A stretch of 64,000 nucleotides of DNA from Chloroflexota bacterium. Lineage in GTDB: Bacteria > Chloroflexota > UBA11872 > VXOZ01. A program made the position numbers and the translations under genes. The notes under the pieces were generated by a model that was not told the origin of the DNA, did not search any database, and worked only from the letters and a program-made list of their open reading frames with translations. Positions 50,750 to 60,621 of the stretch are shown piece by piece. Position 1 is the first letter of the stretch; every line of letters begins with the position of its first letter. The stretch spans positions 416,001-480,000 of the forward strand of contig CAXXVD010000002.1 of the NCBI GenBank assembly GCA_963662335.2. Direction: 5' to 3'.

Positions 50750-52240
50750 TCAGGCCGTTGCCCAGTCGCGGGCGCGGCTGACGGCGCGTTGCCAGGTCGC
50801 ATAGCGGGCTTCGCGTTCGTCGGCGCCGATTTGGGGTTCGTAGCGCTGCGCGACGCGCCACTGCGCGGCCACAGCCGACGTATCCGGCCAGAAACCGACG
50901 CCCAGGCCCGCCAGATACGCCGCGCCCAGCGCGGTGGTCTCCGTGACCGCGGGCACGACCACCGGAATGCCAAGCAGGTCGGCTTGGGTCTGCATCAGGA
51001 GCGCGTTGGCTGCCGCGCCGCCGTCCGCGCGCAGTTCCCGCAGCGCCACGCTCGATTCCTCCTGCATCGCCTGCGCCACGTCGCGGGTCTGAAACGCGAT
51101 CGCATCCAGGGTGGCGCGGGCCACGTGCGCCTTGGTAGACCCCAGCGTCAGGCCGAGGATCGTGCCGCGCGCCGCCGGATCCCAGTAGGGCGTGCCGAGG
51201 CCCGTGAAGGCGGGCACCACGACCACGCCGCCGGTGTCGGGCACCGTGTGGGCCAGCGTCTCGCTCTCCGCCGCGCTGCCGATGACGCCCAGTTTGTCGC
51301 GCAGCCACTGTACCGCCGCGCCGGCCACGAAGACCGATCCCTCCAGCGCGTACGCCGGGCCGTGCGCCGCGGCCGCCACCGTAGTCAGCAGGCCGGACTC
51401 CGAGTGCGCGGGCCAGCCGCCGGTGTGCGCGAGCAGGAAGCAGCCGGTGCCGTAGGTATTCTTAGCGTGGCCGGGCCGCCAGCACGTCTGGCCGAAGAGC
51501 GCCGACTGCTGATCGCCGGCAACGCCCGCAATGGGAATTGCCGCGCCCAGCACCGCCGCGTCGGTCTCGCCTATCACCCCCGTCGAGGGCGCGACTTCCG
51601 GCAGGGCTTCACGCGGAATGCCAAAGAGCGCCAGCAGTTCTTCGTCCCAAACCCGCGCGTGAAAATCGTAGAGCATGGTGCGGGAGGCGTTGGTCGGGTC
51701 GGTGAGGTGTTGCCTGTGTCCCGTGAGGTTGGCGATGAGCCAGGCGTCCACGGTGCCCAGGCAGAGGTCTTCCCGCGCCGCCAGTTCCCGGGCGCGGGGG
51801 ACGTTGCGCAGGAGCCACTCGAACTTGGGGCCGGAAAAGTAGGCGTCCAGCACCAGGCCGGTCTTGCGGCGTACCTCATCGGCCAGGCCCGCCGCCGCCA
51901 GTTCCTGGCAACGCGCCGCCGTGCGGCGGCACTGCCATACGATCGCGTTGGCTAGCGGCTCGCCGGTGGAGCGCTGCCAGGCGAGGGCGGTCTCGCGCTG
52001 GTTGGCGATGCCAATTGCCGCTATCTCGTCCGGCGCAACCGCCGTTTCATGCAGCACGGCCTGGATGGACTCACGCTGCGTCCGCCAGATGTCGCGGGGG
52101 TCGTGCTCCACCCAGCCGGCTTGCGGGTAGATTTGCGGCAATTCCCGCCCGGCGCTGCCCACCACGCGCCCGGCGGCGTCGAAGAGCATGGCGCGGGACG
52201 AAGTGGTGCCCTGGTCCAGCGCCAATACGTACGTGCTCAC
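50750..52240 (-). CDS. glpK: Glycerol kinase
   Basis: LDQGTTSSRA, GWVEHDP, NQRET, AIVWQCRRT, GDQQSALFGQ and KNTYGTGCF motifs; GTG start after AAAGGGG. Confidence 0.96.
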   Translation of the reverse strand: MSTYVLALDQGTTSSRAMLFDAAGRVVGSAGRELPQIYPQAGWVEHDPRDIWRTQRESIQAVLHETAVAPDEIAAIGIANQRETALAWQRSTGEPLANAIVWQCRRTAARCQELAAAGLADEVRRKTGLVLDAYFSGPKFEWLLRNVPRARELAAREDLCLGTVDAWLIANLTGHRQHLTDPTNASRTMLYDFHARVWDEELLALFGIPREALPEVAPSTGVIGETDAAVLGAAIPIAGVAGDQQSALFGQTCWRPGHAKNTYGTGCFLLAHTGGWPAHSESGLLTTVAAAAHGPAYALEGSVFVAGAAVQWLRDKLGVIGSAAESETLAHTVPDTGGVVVVPAFTGLGTPYWDPAARGTILGLTLGSTKAHVARATLDAIAFQTRDVAQAMQEESSVALRELRADGGAAANALLMQTQADLLGIPVVVPAVTETTALGAAYLAGLGVGFWPDTSAVAAQWRVAQRYEPQIGADEREARYATWQRAVSRARDWATA

Positions 52241-52461
52241 GGCAATCCCCTTTCGCATTCGCCGAGGCTGTTGCGTATCCCTGGCGGTTCAACCCGCTTG
52301 CAGCGCTGTCGCTTGCGCCGATACTACCTTCATCACAATAGTACTGGACTGCGAAGTATCTTGCCAAGACGGTGAGCGCCCTTGGTTGCCAAGCGGCGGT
52401 GTCCCTGTGGCTGCCAAATGGCGGCGCCCGTCAGCGGTTGCCAAGAGGCGGGGGACAAGCC

Positions 52462-52605
52462 CAATGTTGTCGCATTAAGCAGAACGACAGCAAGACTCGC
52501 GTGCGAAACGTCCGGTAGCGCAGGTTCGCAACCTGCGAAGCTGTTAGGTCAATCCTGTGCGTGCCAGTTTCAATAGCTCCGGCGGGGGACAAGCCCCCGC
52601 GCTAC
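52462..52605. mobile_element. Copy of the IS4-type MITE lacking the right IR
   Basis: caatgttgtcgcattaa directly after gcgggggacaagcc; internal family B-like REP; ends in a family A REP. Confidence 0.75.
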
Positions 52606-52827
52606 TCTTGGTTCACCCTCTTGGTGGGAGAGGACTAGGGTGAGGGAGAGAGTGCTCGCCAGCGGGGCACAAGGCCCCGTGTTGCGATTCTAGATTCCTC
52701 GCTGCGTTCGGAATGACATTAGCTGTCAACACCCCTAGTGAAGAATATCTTGTCAGCGAATTGCTCAACACTAACAAGGAATGACGTGAACTTGCCTGCG
52801 CAAAGCGTGATCCAGTACCAACACAGC

Positions 52828-53499
52828 CTAGCCGCGCCGCGCGCCGATCGCGATTTTCGCCGGCAATCCCCAGAGCTTCTCTTCCTCGCTGTGGGCGATT
52901 GTGAATCCGGCCTCTCGCAGCGCCCGTTCCACGTAGATGGGCCGGCAGTCGATATACTGAGTCATGCGTTGCGCCAGCCACTCGTAGAGCCGCAGCATGG
53001 GCGGCGTTCCCTCTTCCCGCGACAGGCTCACCACGCCCAGCCGGCCGCCCGGCCGCAAGACGCGCCGGACTTCACCGAGCACGCGCGGCATTTCGGGCGT
53101 ATCGAACAACTCGAGGGTAAAGCTCATGAAAGCGGCGTCGAAACTCTCGTCGGTGTAGGGCAGCGCCGCGGCGTCGCCGCAGTGCAACGCAACTCTCTCC
53201 AGCAGTCTCGCCCGCGCCAGCCGCCGCCGGCTCACCGCCGCCATGCCGGGCGAGATGTCGATGCCGCACACCCGTCCCCGCGCGCCCACGGCCGCGGCGA
53301 TCCGCTCCAGGGCGTGCCCCGTGCCAAAGCCGATTTCCAGCACGGCCTCGCCTTCCGCAATGCCGAGCCTTGCCAGCGCCAGGGTGCGCAGCCGCCGCTC
53401 GAACGCGCCCGCAAACAGGTCGTACGAGCGACTCATCCGGTCGTAACTCGCGCGCGCTTGGGCCTTGGTGCGGGAAATGCGGAGCATGTCGTCGCTCAC
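52828..53499 (-). CDS. Class I SAM-dependent methyltransferase (UbiE/Methyltransf_11-like)
   Basis: VLEIGFGTG, GIDISPGM, GDAAALPY and RRVLRPGG motifs; GTG start after AAAGGA. Confidence 0.9.
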   Translation of the reverse strand: MSDDMLRISRTKAQARASYDRMSRSYDLFAGAFERRLRTLALARLGIAEGEAVLEIGFGTGHALERIAAAVGARGRVCGIDISPGMAAVSRRRLARARLLERVALHCGDAAALPYTDESFDAAFMSFTLELFDTPEMPRVLGEVRRVLRPGGRLGVVSLSREEGTPPMLRLYEWLAQRMTQYIDCRPIYVERALREAGFTIAHSEEEKLWGLPAKIAIGARRG

Positions 53500-53845
53500 A
53501 GCTATCCTTTCGCGTATGCCGGCGCGCCTGAGGCCGTGGGTAGAGTATGCCACGGGCGCGTGATGCCGCGCCTCTTCACGCCGGTAGCGCGGGGGCTTGT
53601 CCCCCGCCGGGTTGGCCGCAGTGCGCCTAGGATTTCCCGTAGCCGTCCAAGACGGATTCCCGCGTTCGCGGGAATGACGGATTGTAGCGCGGGGGCTTGT
53701 CCCCCGCCTCTTCGCTTCCCAACGGACACGGTCTCCACCACATCCCTTTGGCCGCGCCGCCTTGCCCGCAGCCGCGCGGCGGCGTATGCTATGGGCAGCG
53801 CGCAACTCACGCCTGACCCCGCAACGAGTGACAGAGATTCTCCCC

Positions 53846-56548
53846 ATGAGCCAACCCTCCGCCGATTCGCTCGTCCTCATCGACGGACACTCCATCGTCC
53901 ACCGGGCGTTCTTTGCCGTGCCGGATACGTTCACCAGCGCCTCCGGCGAGGCCACCAACGCGGTCTTTGGTTTCACGAACACGCTCCTCTACGTCATCGA
54001 CAAGCTCAAGCCCAAGTACGTGGCCGTGGCGTTCGATCTGCCCGGCCCCACCTTCCGCCACGAGCAGTACGCCGACTACAAGGCCACCCGGCCCGAGGGC
54101 GACCCGCAACTCTACGCGCAGATGGGCCGGGTGCGCCAGGTAGTGGAGACCTTCAATATCCCGATTTTCGCGGTGGAAGGCTACGAGGCCGACGACGTGC
54201 TCGGCACGCTTTCCCGCCAGGCGGCGGCGCAGCGGATTCCCACCTACATCGTCACCGGCGATACCGACGCCTACCAACTGGTGGACGACACGGTGCGCCT
54301 GCTGGTGCCCCGGCCCCGCTCCGGCGAGTTGGCCGAAGTCGGCGCGCCCGAGGTGGCGGCGCGCTTCCAGGGTCTGACGCCCGCGCAAATCATCGACTAC
54401 AAGGCGCTGGTCGGCGACACCTCCGACAACGTGCCCGGCGTGCGCGGCATCGGCCCCAAGACCGCCGGGACGCTCCTGCAGAAATACAACGACATCGACG
54501 GCATTCTGGAAAACCTCTACGAACTGCCCGCGCGCCAGCAGAAGGCGCTGGAACAAGGCCGCGCGCAGCTCGCGCAAAGCCGGGACCTGGTGACGATCGT
54601 GCGCGACGTGGACATCACGCTGGAACCGGCGGCCAGCGAACTGGGCAACTACGACCGGGAAGAGGTGCTGGCGCTGTTCCGGGAGTTGAGTTTCCGCTCG
54701 CTGCTGGACCGGTTGCCGCAGCCGGCCGGCGCGGCGGCGGAGCAGGCGGCGCTCTTTGGCGAGGTAGCGGCTCCCGCCGCGGCGCGGGTGCTGGCGGATG
54801 CCGGCGCCGTCGAGGAGTTTTGCGCCGCGTTGCGGGACGTGGGCGAGGTGGCGGTGGCGCCGGTCCTCGAGCCGGAGCCGCCCGCCTGGCCTCACCTGCG
54901 CGGGCTGGCATTCGCGTGGGGCGATAGCGACACGGCCTACGTCGACCTGGCCAACCCGGCGGCGCTCCCGGCGATCGCGCCCGCGCTGGCCGATCCGCGC
55001 ATCCCGAAAGTGGCATTCGACGCCAAGACGCTGGGCCTGGCGCTGCTGGCGCAGGGCGTCGGCGTGGCCGGCGTGGCGTTCGATTGCCACCTGGCCGCGT
55101 ACCTGGCCAACCCCACCGGCAGCCGCGCTCATACCTTGCAGCACATCGTCTTCGATAGCCTCGGCGCGACGCTGGAGGGCGTGGACGCGCTCCGCGACCG
55201 CAAGAAGTCGCTGGCCGCCGCCGACGGCGCGAAACTGGCGCAGGCGGCCGCCCAGGAGGCCGGGGCGCTGCTGCCCCTCCGCGCCGCGCTGGCCAAGGAC
55301 CTGGACGCGCGGGACGTGCGCGCGCTGCACGACGACCTGGAATTGCCGCTGGCTACGGTGATTGCGCAGATGGAGCGTGACGGCATCGCCGTGGACGTAG
55401 ACCTGCTGCGGGAACTCACGGCGGACATGGCGGCGCGCATCGCGGAGATCGAAGCCGCCATCTACACGGAAGTTGGCGGCGAGTTCAAGATCAACTCGCC
55501 GAAGCAACTCGGCGACGTGCTGGTAGAGAAGTGCAATATCCCCTTGACCAAGAAGACCAAGACGGGGTTTTCTACCGATTCCTCGGTCTTGGAACCGCTG
55601 CGCGACTCATTCAAGATCGTCGATCTCGTGCTGGCGTACCGCCAACTCACCAAGCTCAAGTCCACCTACCTCGACGCGCTGCCAACGAAAGTGAACCCGC
55701 TGACCGGCCGCATCCACACCTCGTTCGAGCAGACCGGCGCGGCCACGGGACGGCTCTCGTCCAACGACCCCAACCTGCAGAATATCCCCATCCGCACCGA
55801 CGAGGGCCGGAAGATTCGCAAGGCGTTCGTGGCCGGCGCTGCGGGCCAGGTCTTGCTGGCCGCCGACTACTCGCAGATCGACCTGCGCGTGCTGGCGCAC
55901 CTGAGCCAGGACGAGGAACTCTGCAAGGCCTTCCGCAACGAGGAGGACATCCACACCTTCACCGCCAGCCAACTCTTCGACGTGGCGATGGATGGGGTCA
56001 CCGCCGCCATGCGGCGCACGGCAAAGACCGTAAACTTCGGCATCATCTACGGCGTGACCGCCCACGGCCTGGAACAGCGCACCGACCTGGACTACAAGGC
56101 GGCGGAGGAATTCATCGAGAATTATCTGAATACCTACGCCGGCGTGCGCGACTACACCGAACGAACGAAGCAGTTTGCCCACGAGCACGGCTACGTGCAA
56201 ACGCTGCTGGGCCGCCGCCGCTACCTGCCGGAACTGAACGCCTCCAACTACAACGTGCGCCAGGCCGGGGAGCGCATGGCGATCAACATGCCGGTGCAGG
56301 GCACCTCCGCCGACATCATCAAGGTGGCCATGCTCCACGTGGACGCGCAACTGGCGGCTACCGAACTGCCGGCGCGTATGCTCTTGCAGGTGCACGATGA
56401 ACTGGTCTTCGAATGCGACGCGGGCGCGCTGGACGCCGGCGCGGACCTGGTCGTGCCGCTCATGGAGAACGCGGTCACCCTGGACGTGCCGGTGAAGGTG
56501 GACGCCAAAGCGGGGCCAAGCTGGGACGAGATGGAGCCGCTGGGGTGA
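53846..56548 (+). CDS. polA: DNA polymerase I
   Basis: LIDGH, YEADD and GDTSDNVPGV 5'-3' exonuclease motifs; TGRLSS, ADYSQIDLR, AKTVNFGIIYG and LQVHDEL polymerase motifs. Confidence 0.98.
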   Translation: MSQPSADSLVLIDGHSIVHRAFFAVPDTFTSASGEATNAVFGFTNTLLYVIDKLKPKYVAVAFDLPGPTFRHEQYADYKATRPEGDPQLYAQMGRVRQVVETFNIPIFAVEGYEADDVLGTLSRQAAAQRIPTYIVTGDTDAYQLVDDTVRLLVPRPRSGELAEVGAPEVAARFQGLTPAQIIDYKALVGDTSDNVPGVRGIGPKTAGTLLQKYNDIDGILENLYELPARQQKALEQGRAQLAQSRDLVTIVRDVDITLEPAASELGNYDREEVLALFRELSFRSLLDRLPQPAGAAAEQAALFGEVAAPAAARVLADAGAVEEFCAALRDVGEVAVAPVLEPEPPAWPHLRGLAFAWGDSDTAYVDLANPAALPAIAPALADPRIPKVAFDAKTLGLALLAQGVGVAGVAFDCHLAAYLANPTGSRAHTLQHIVFDSLGATLEGVDALRDRKKSLAAADGAKLAQAAAQEAGALLPLRAALAKDLDARDVRALHDDLELPLATVIAQMERDGIAVDVDLLRELTADMAARIAEIEAAIYTEVGGEFKINSPKQLGDVLVEKCNIPLTKKTKTGFSTDSSVLEPLRDSFKIVDLVLAYRQLTKLKSTYLDALPTKVNPLTGRIHTSFEQTGAATGRLSSNDPNLQNIPIRTDEGRKIRKAFVAGAAGQVLLAADYSQIDLRVLAHLSQDEELCKAFRNEEDIHTFTASQLFDVAMDGVTAAMRRTAKTVNFGIIYGVTAHGLEQRTDLDYKAAEEFIENYLNTYAGVRDYTERTKQFAHEHGYVQTLLGRRRYLPELNASNYNVRQAGERMAINMPVQGTSADIIKVAMLHVDAQLAATELPARMLLQVHDELVFECDAGALDAGADLVVPLMENAVTLDVPVKVDAKAGPSWDEMEPLG

Positions 56549-56555
56549 GGGGGAA

Positions 56556-58127
56556 CTATCCCCGCCGCAGCGCCCGGCCCGGGCGCGCGCCGGTGGGCGC
56601 GCCGTCCGCAATCACCGGCGCGCCGTTCACGAGCACGTGCTCGATGCCCACCGGGAATTGGCGCGGGTTCTCGAACGTGGCGCGGTCAATGACGGTAGCG
56701 GGATCGAAAACCACCAGATCGGCGGCCATGCCGTTGCGGACGATGCCCCGGTCGTGCAGGCCAAAGCGCTGCGCCGGCAAGCCGGTGAAACGCCGTACCG
56801 CATCTTCCAGCGTAAAGAGACCGAGTTCGCGGGTGTAACGGCCCAGGAAGCGCGGGTAGGTGCCGTAGGCGCGGGGGTGCGGCGAACTGCCCATCATGAT
56901 GGCGTCGGTGGAACCCATCTGGGCGGGATGGCGGATAATTGCCTGCACGTCGGCCTCGTTGCCGAAGTGGAAGGTGAAGCCGATGTCCAGCGCGCATTCG
57001 TCCAGCAGCCGCAGCAGGAGCGCGTCCGGCGCGGCGCCAACCTCGTCGGCCACGTCCGCCAGGCGGCGGCCCTCCCATTCGCGGTAGCGCGCCGGGCCGA
57101 TGTGCGTAATCTGCATGCGGGCGTAGAAATCGCGCTCGCGCCCCTGGATTTCGTCCAGAATCTGCGCCATGACGCGGGGCGAGCGCACCCGCCGCAGCAT
57201 GGCCTGCGGCCCGTCCGCGCCCATCCAGAGCGGCAGCACGAACATGCCGGTAGTGGAACCGGCGGGATAGCAGTAGGCGTCGAACGTGACGTCGAGGCCC
57301 TCGGCGCGGGCCGCGTCCACCAGCGCCAGCCGTTCGCTGCTGAGTCCCCAGGTGTCCTTGCCGGAAATCAGATAGTGGGCAATGTGGACCGGAATATCGG
57401 CCTGGCGCGCCACGTCCAGCGTCTCGTGCACCGGGTCGAGGAACTGGTCGCCCAGGTGGTAGCGCATGTGGGTGTTGTAGACGCCGCCGTGGGCCGCCGC
57501 CGCCCGGCTGATGACAACAAGCTCTTCCAACGTGCTGAAGACGTGCGGGTGGTACGAGAGGCCGGTGGCGAAACCCACGCAGCCCTGCTCCATCGCCTCC
57601 GCCGCCAGCCGCGCCATCTGCTTCAGGTCATCCTCGCTCGCGGCGCGGTTTTCCCAGCCGATCACCGCCAGCCGCAGCGCGTTGTGGGGCACCTGGTAGG
57701 CCACGTTCACGGCGGCTTTGCGGTCGAAGCGCTCCAGGTATTCGGGGATGGTCTGCCACGGCTCTACGTCCGCCGGCAGGCCGCCGTTGATGGCGTGGTA
57801 GAGTTGCGCGGTTTCGCGGAGGTGCGTAGGCGACATGGGCGCGTAGCCGATGCCGTCGGAGCCGAGAATCTCGGTGGTAATGCCCTGGGCGACCTTGGGC
57901 GTGTGGTCCGGCTCCCGCAGCAGGATCAGGTCCGAGTGGTTGTGGACGTCGATGAAACCGGGACAAACTATTTTCCCCCCGGCATCGATCACAGTCTCCG
58001 CGGTACAGGTATCCAACCGCCCGACGGCTTCGATGCGGCCCCGGCGAACGCCAACGTCGGCCCGAAACCACGGGTTGCCCAAACCGTCGATGACGCGGCC
58101 GTTGCGAATGAGGAGGTCGAAGGTCAT
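56556..58127 (-). CDS. N-acyl-D-amino-acid deacylase (D-aminoacylase family)
   Basis: PGFIDVHNHSD, QGITTEI, THMR, HPRAYGTYPRFLG and ADLVVFDP motifs. Confidence 0.92.
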   Translation of the reverse strand: MTFDLLIRNGRVIDGLGNPWFRADVGVRRGRIEAVGRLDTCTAETVIDAGGKIVCPGFIDVHNHSDLILLREPDHTPKVAQGITTEILGSDGIGYAPMSPTHLRETAQLYHAINGGLPADVEPWQTIPEYLERFDRKAAVNVAYQVPHNALRLAVIGWENRAASEDDLKQMARLAAEAMEQGCVGFATGLSYHPHVFSTLEELVVISRAAAAHGGVYNTHMRYHLGDQFLDPVHETLDVARQADIPVHIAHYLISGKDTWGLSSERLALVDAARAEGLDVTFDAYCYPAGSTTGMFVLPLWMGADGPQAMLRRVRSPRVMAQILDEIQGRERDFYARMQITHIGPARYREWEGRRLADVADEVGAAPDALLLRLLDECALDIGFTFHFGNEADVQAIIRHPAQMGSTDAIMMGSSPHPRAYGTYPRFLGRYTRELGLFTLEDAVRRFTGLPAQRFGLHDRGIVRNGMAADLVVFDPATVIDRATFENPRQFPVGIEHVLVNGAPVIADGAPTGARPGRALRRG

Positions 58128-58204
58128 GGTGTACACCCTAAGGCTGGATGATGGTGAGACACGGATTGACGCTAATCAAGCGGTACCTTCGAGTAGTTGG
58201 CGCC

Positions 58205-59101
58205 CTATGCGCCGGAGAGCGACTGCTCCGCTTCGGCTTTCGCTTCAGATTCCTGCAGGCCATCGAGAAAGACCGCGTCTTTCATGACCAAATCGCGTGC
58301 AAAAGGCTTAAGTCCGCTCTCCGTGACTACGTCTACCTTACGCTGAAAGTAATCCTGCAGGAAGTGCTGAAGTCCAAAGAGGTTGTCAGCCGTCATGTGA
58401 CCGTTCGGAATGTCAACGAGAATGTCAATGTCGCTGCCGGCGCGCGCGGCGTTGCGGGCAACCGAACCAAAGACCCCAATGCGGCGTACGCCAAACGACC
58501 GCAGTCTTGAACGAACGCCGTAAAGCGCCGCCAGCACGATTTCTCGTGCGGGCGCTATCTCGCCCTCAGTGAGCGCACGTAAGCGCTCAGCGTCTAACTC
58601 GCGTTCTACCCCCGGTCTTGGCCGCCAAACTGTAGCGCGGGGGCTTGCCCCCCGCTCCTCTGCCTGCCTAACCGTAGCGCGGGGGCTTGTCCCCCGCTCT
58701 GCGGCGCCCCCGGTTGAATCCATCGCTGGCTCGGCGCTAAGTACGCTCTCCAGCAGCGCGAGAAGACTCGGCGCAAGTTCCGTCGCAGCTTTCCATACTA
58801 GCTCATCGTCCGTAGGCGCGAGCGACGGCGTCAGATGATTGCGCAAGTCGTCAATCTGTCGCCACGGGAATTCCGTGTGCTGCGTCTTGCAGTCGTCCGA
58901 TACACGTTGAGCCGCCTGACCGACGATCTCCATAATCCGTTCCGTGGCGGCGCGCAGCGTAGAGTTCTCCGCCGCCGTGTATTCCGCTACACTGACGCCG
59001 GAAACCAGGGCTATCGCCATCCTGGAAGCATCCGCCATGTGGAGCAACCGCACTCGATCCACTTCGGTCATCATGCGGACATCCTTCGACCCAACTGTCA
59101 T
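58205..59101 (-). CDS. HEPN (DUF86/HepT-like) - minimal nucleotidyltransferase (MntA-like) fusion
   Basis: N-terminal RLLHM, EIVGQAA, PWRQI..LRN, LVW; C-terminal VFGSVAR, SDIDILVD and RKVDVVT motifs. Confidence 0.85.
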   Translation of the reverse strand: MTVGSKDVRMMTEVDRVRLLHMADASRMAIALVSGVSVAEYTAAENSTLRAATERIMEIVGQAAQRVSDDCKTQHTEFPWRQIDDLRNHLTPSLAPTDDELVWKAATELAPSLLALLESVLSAEPAMDSTGGAAERGTSPRATVRQAEERGASPRATVWRPRPGVERELDAERLRALTEGEIAPAREIVLAALYGVRSRLRSFGVRRIGVFGSVARNAARAGSDIDILVDIPNGHMTADNLFGLQHFLQDYFQRKVDVVTESGLKPFARDLVMKDAVFLDGLQESEAKAEAEQSLSGA

Positions 59102-59355
59102 CGAAGCGCCGAGCCCACGCCCATCGTTAGCATACCATTAGGCGAATCGACGCGCCGCCAAGCACTTTGCCGAGATGGTGGGCGCGGTTTGCGGCAAGAA
59201 GCGGGGGACAAGCCCCCGCGCTACGGTGATGGTGGGCGCGGTTTGCGGCTAAGAGCGGGGGACAAGCCCCCGCGCTACGGCTTGTTCGCTGGGATCAAGT
59301 GCACGTGCAGCACCCGGGGCGCTAGGCAGGTCCAGTTGACTAGCGGCCGGCGCCG

Positions 59356-60324
59356 CTACGGCAAATATCGCTTTGGAAACTTGGCCACCACCGTATAGTT
59401 CGGGTCCACCACGTTGCCGACGCGGGTGCGGCCCACCTGGGAGACGACCTGGAAGGCGTCCCAGAGGTCGAAGCCGAAGTCGGCGGCCAGCCAGCGGATG
59501 AGTTCCACGTGGGCGATGCGGTAGGCGTCCATGAGCGGGCGCGTGTTGGCCGCCACCATAATCCACTCGTCGTCCGCGAAGCGCGGCCAGTTGATAGGCT
59601 CGCGCTCCTTGTATACGCCCACCTCCACCTCAACTTCCGCCGTAGTTTCCAGCGCCACGCCGCAGAGTTCGCCGTCGCCCTGGGCCGCGTGCACGTCGGC
59701 GAATTGCAGGTACGCGCCCTTGACGAAGACCGGCAGGTAGACCGTCGTGCCCGGCCCGGTTTCCACGCAGTCCATGTTGCCGCCGTGGTTGGCGGACGAG
59801 AGCGTGCTGACGTGTTCGCCAAAGCGCGGCGCGACCCCGATGCAGCCGAGAAACGGGTGGCACGGGATGGTGATGCGGCCCAGTTTGCTCTCCGGCAGAT
59901 CCAGGCTTGCCGTTTGGTTCGCGTGGTCGAGTTCCCAGTGGTAGTACTTCTGCGGCAGCGGCGGGTTGAGGCCGGTCGGGCCGCCGGGGTAGTCTTCCAC
60001 GCCCATGGCGCCAAAGCCGGGATTGTAGCGCGAGAACGCCCAGTCCCGGTTCAGGTCTACGCGCAGGATGCGGACGCGCAAGATGTCGCCCACGTCGGCC
60101 TCTTCCACGTAGTAGGGGCCGCACTGCGGATTGGATTGGCGAAACTCGGTGTCGGGACGGCTGTGGCGCTTTGCTTCCGCCAACTGCTCGCCGTTGCTGT
60201 CCCAATGACCGGCGTCCACAGTCTTGACGATCACGCGGTCGCCGGCGTTGATGCGCAGCGCCGGTTCGTGCGGGCCGAACGTGTAGTAGTAGATGTCCGG
60301 TTCGTGCCGGTGTACGGTAGCCAT
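59356..60324 (-). CDS. Acetamidase/formamidase family protein
   Basis: GPYYVE, PFLGCIGVAP, HGGNMD and DVHAAQGDGELCG.ALE motifs. Confidence 0.92.
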   Translation of the reverse strand: MATVHRHEPDIYYYTFGPHEPALRINAGDRVIVKTVDAGHWDSNGEQLAEAKRHSRPDTEFRQSNPQCGPYYVEEADVGDILRVRILRVDLNRDWAFSRYNPGFGAMGVEDYPGGPTGLNPPLPQKYYHWELDHANQTASLDLPESKLGRITIPCHPFLGCIGVAPRFGEHVSTLSSANHGGNMDCVETGPGTTVYLPVFVKGAYLQFADVHAAQGDGELCGVALETTAEVEVEVGVYKEREPINWPRFADDEWIMVAANTRPLMDAYRIAHVELIRWLAADFGFDLWDAFQVVSQVGRTRVGNVVDPNYTVVAKFPKRYLP

Positions 60325-60621
60325 GTGATGCGCCTTTCTCTGTGATGTGAGGCTTTATTCGTCCAGCTGTTTCGCGTTGTTCCGGGAACCGGCGTCCCGC
60401 TACGATCGTCATTCCGGCGAAAGCCGGAATCCAGTCCCCCGGCCCCGCCAGTCCCTACGGCAAGGAAGTCTGTCACCGCCTATACCGGGGAAACACCCTC
60501 CGCAACTTTGGAGGATTCAGGGGGGCAAGCGGGGGACAAGCCCCCGCGCTACGGCTTGTTCGCTTTTCTCTTGCTCCGGCGGGGGACAAGCCCCCGCGCT
60601 ACGTCCCAACTTCCTTCCAAG

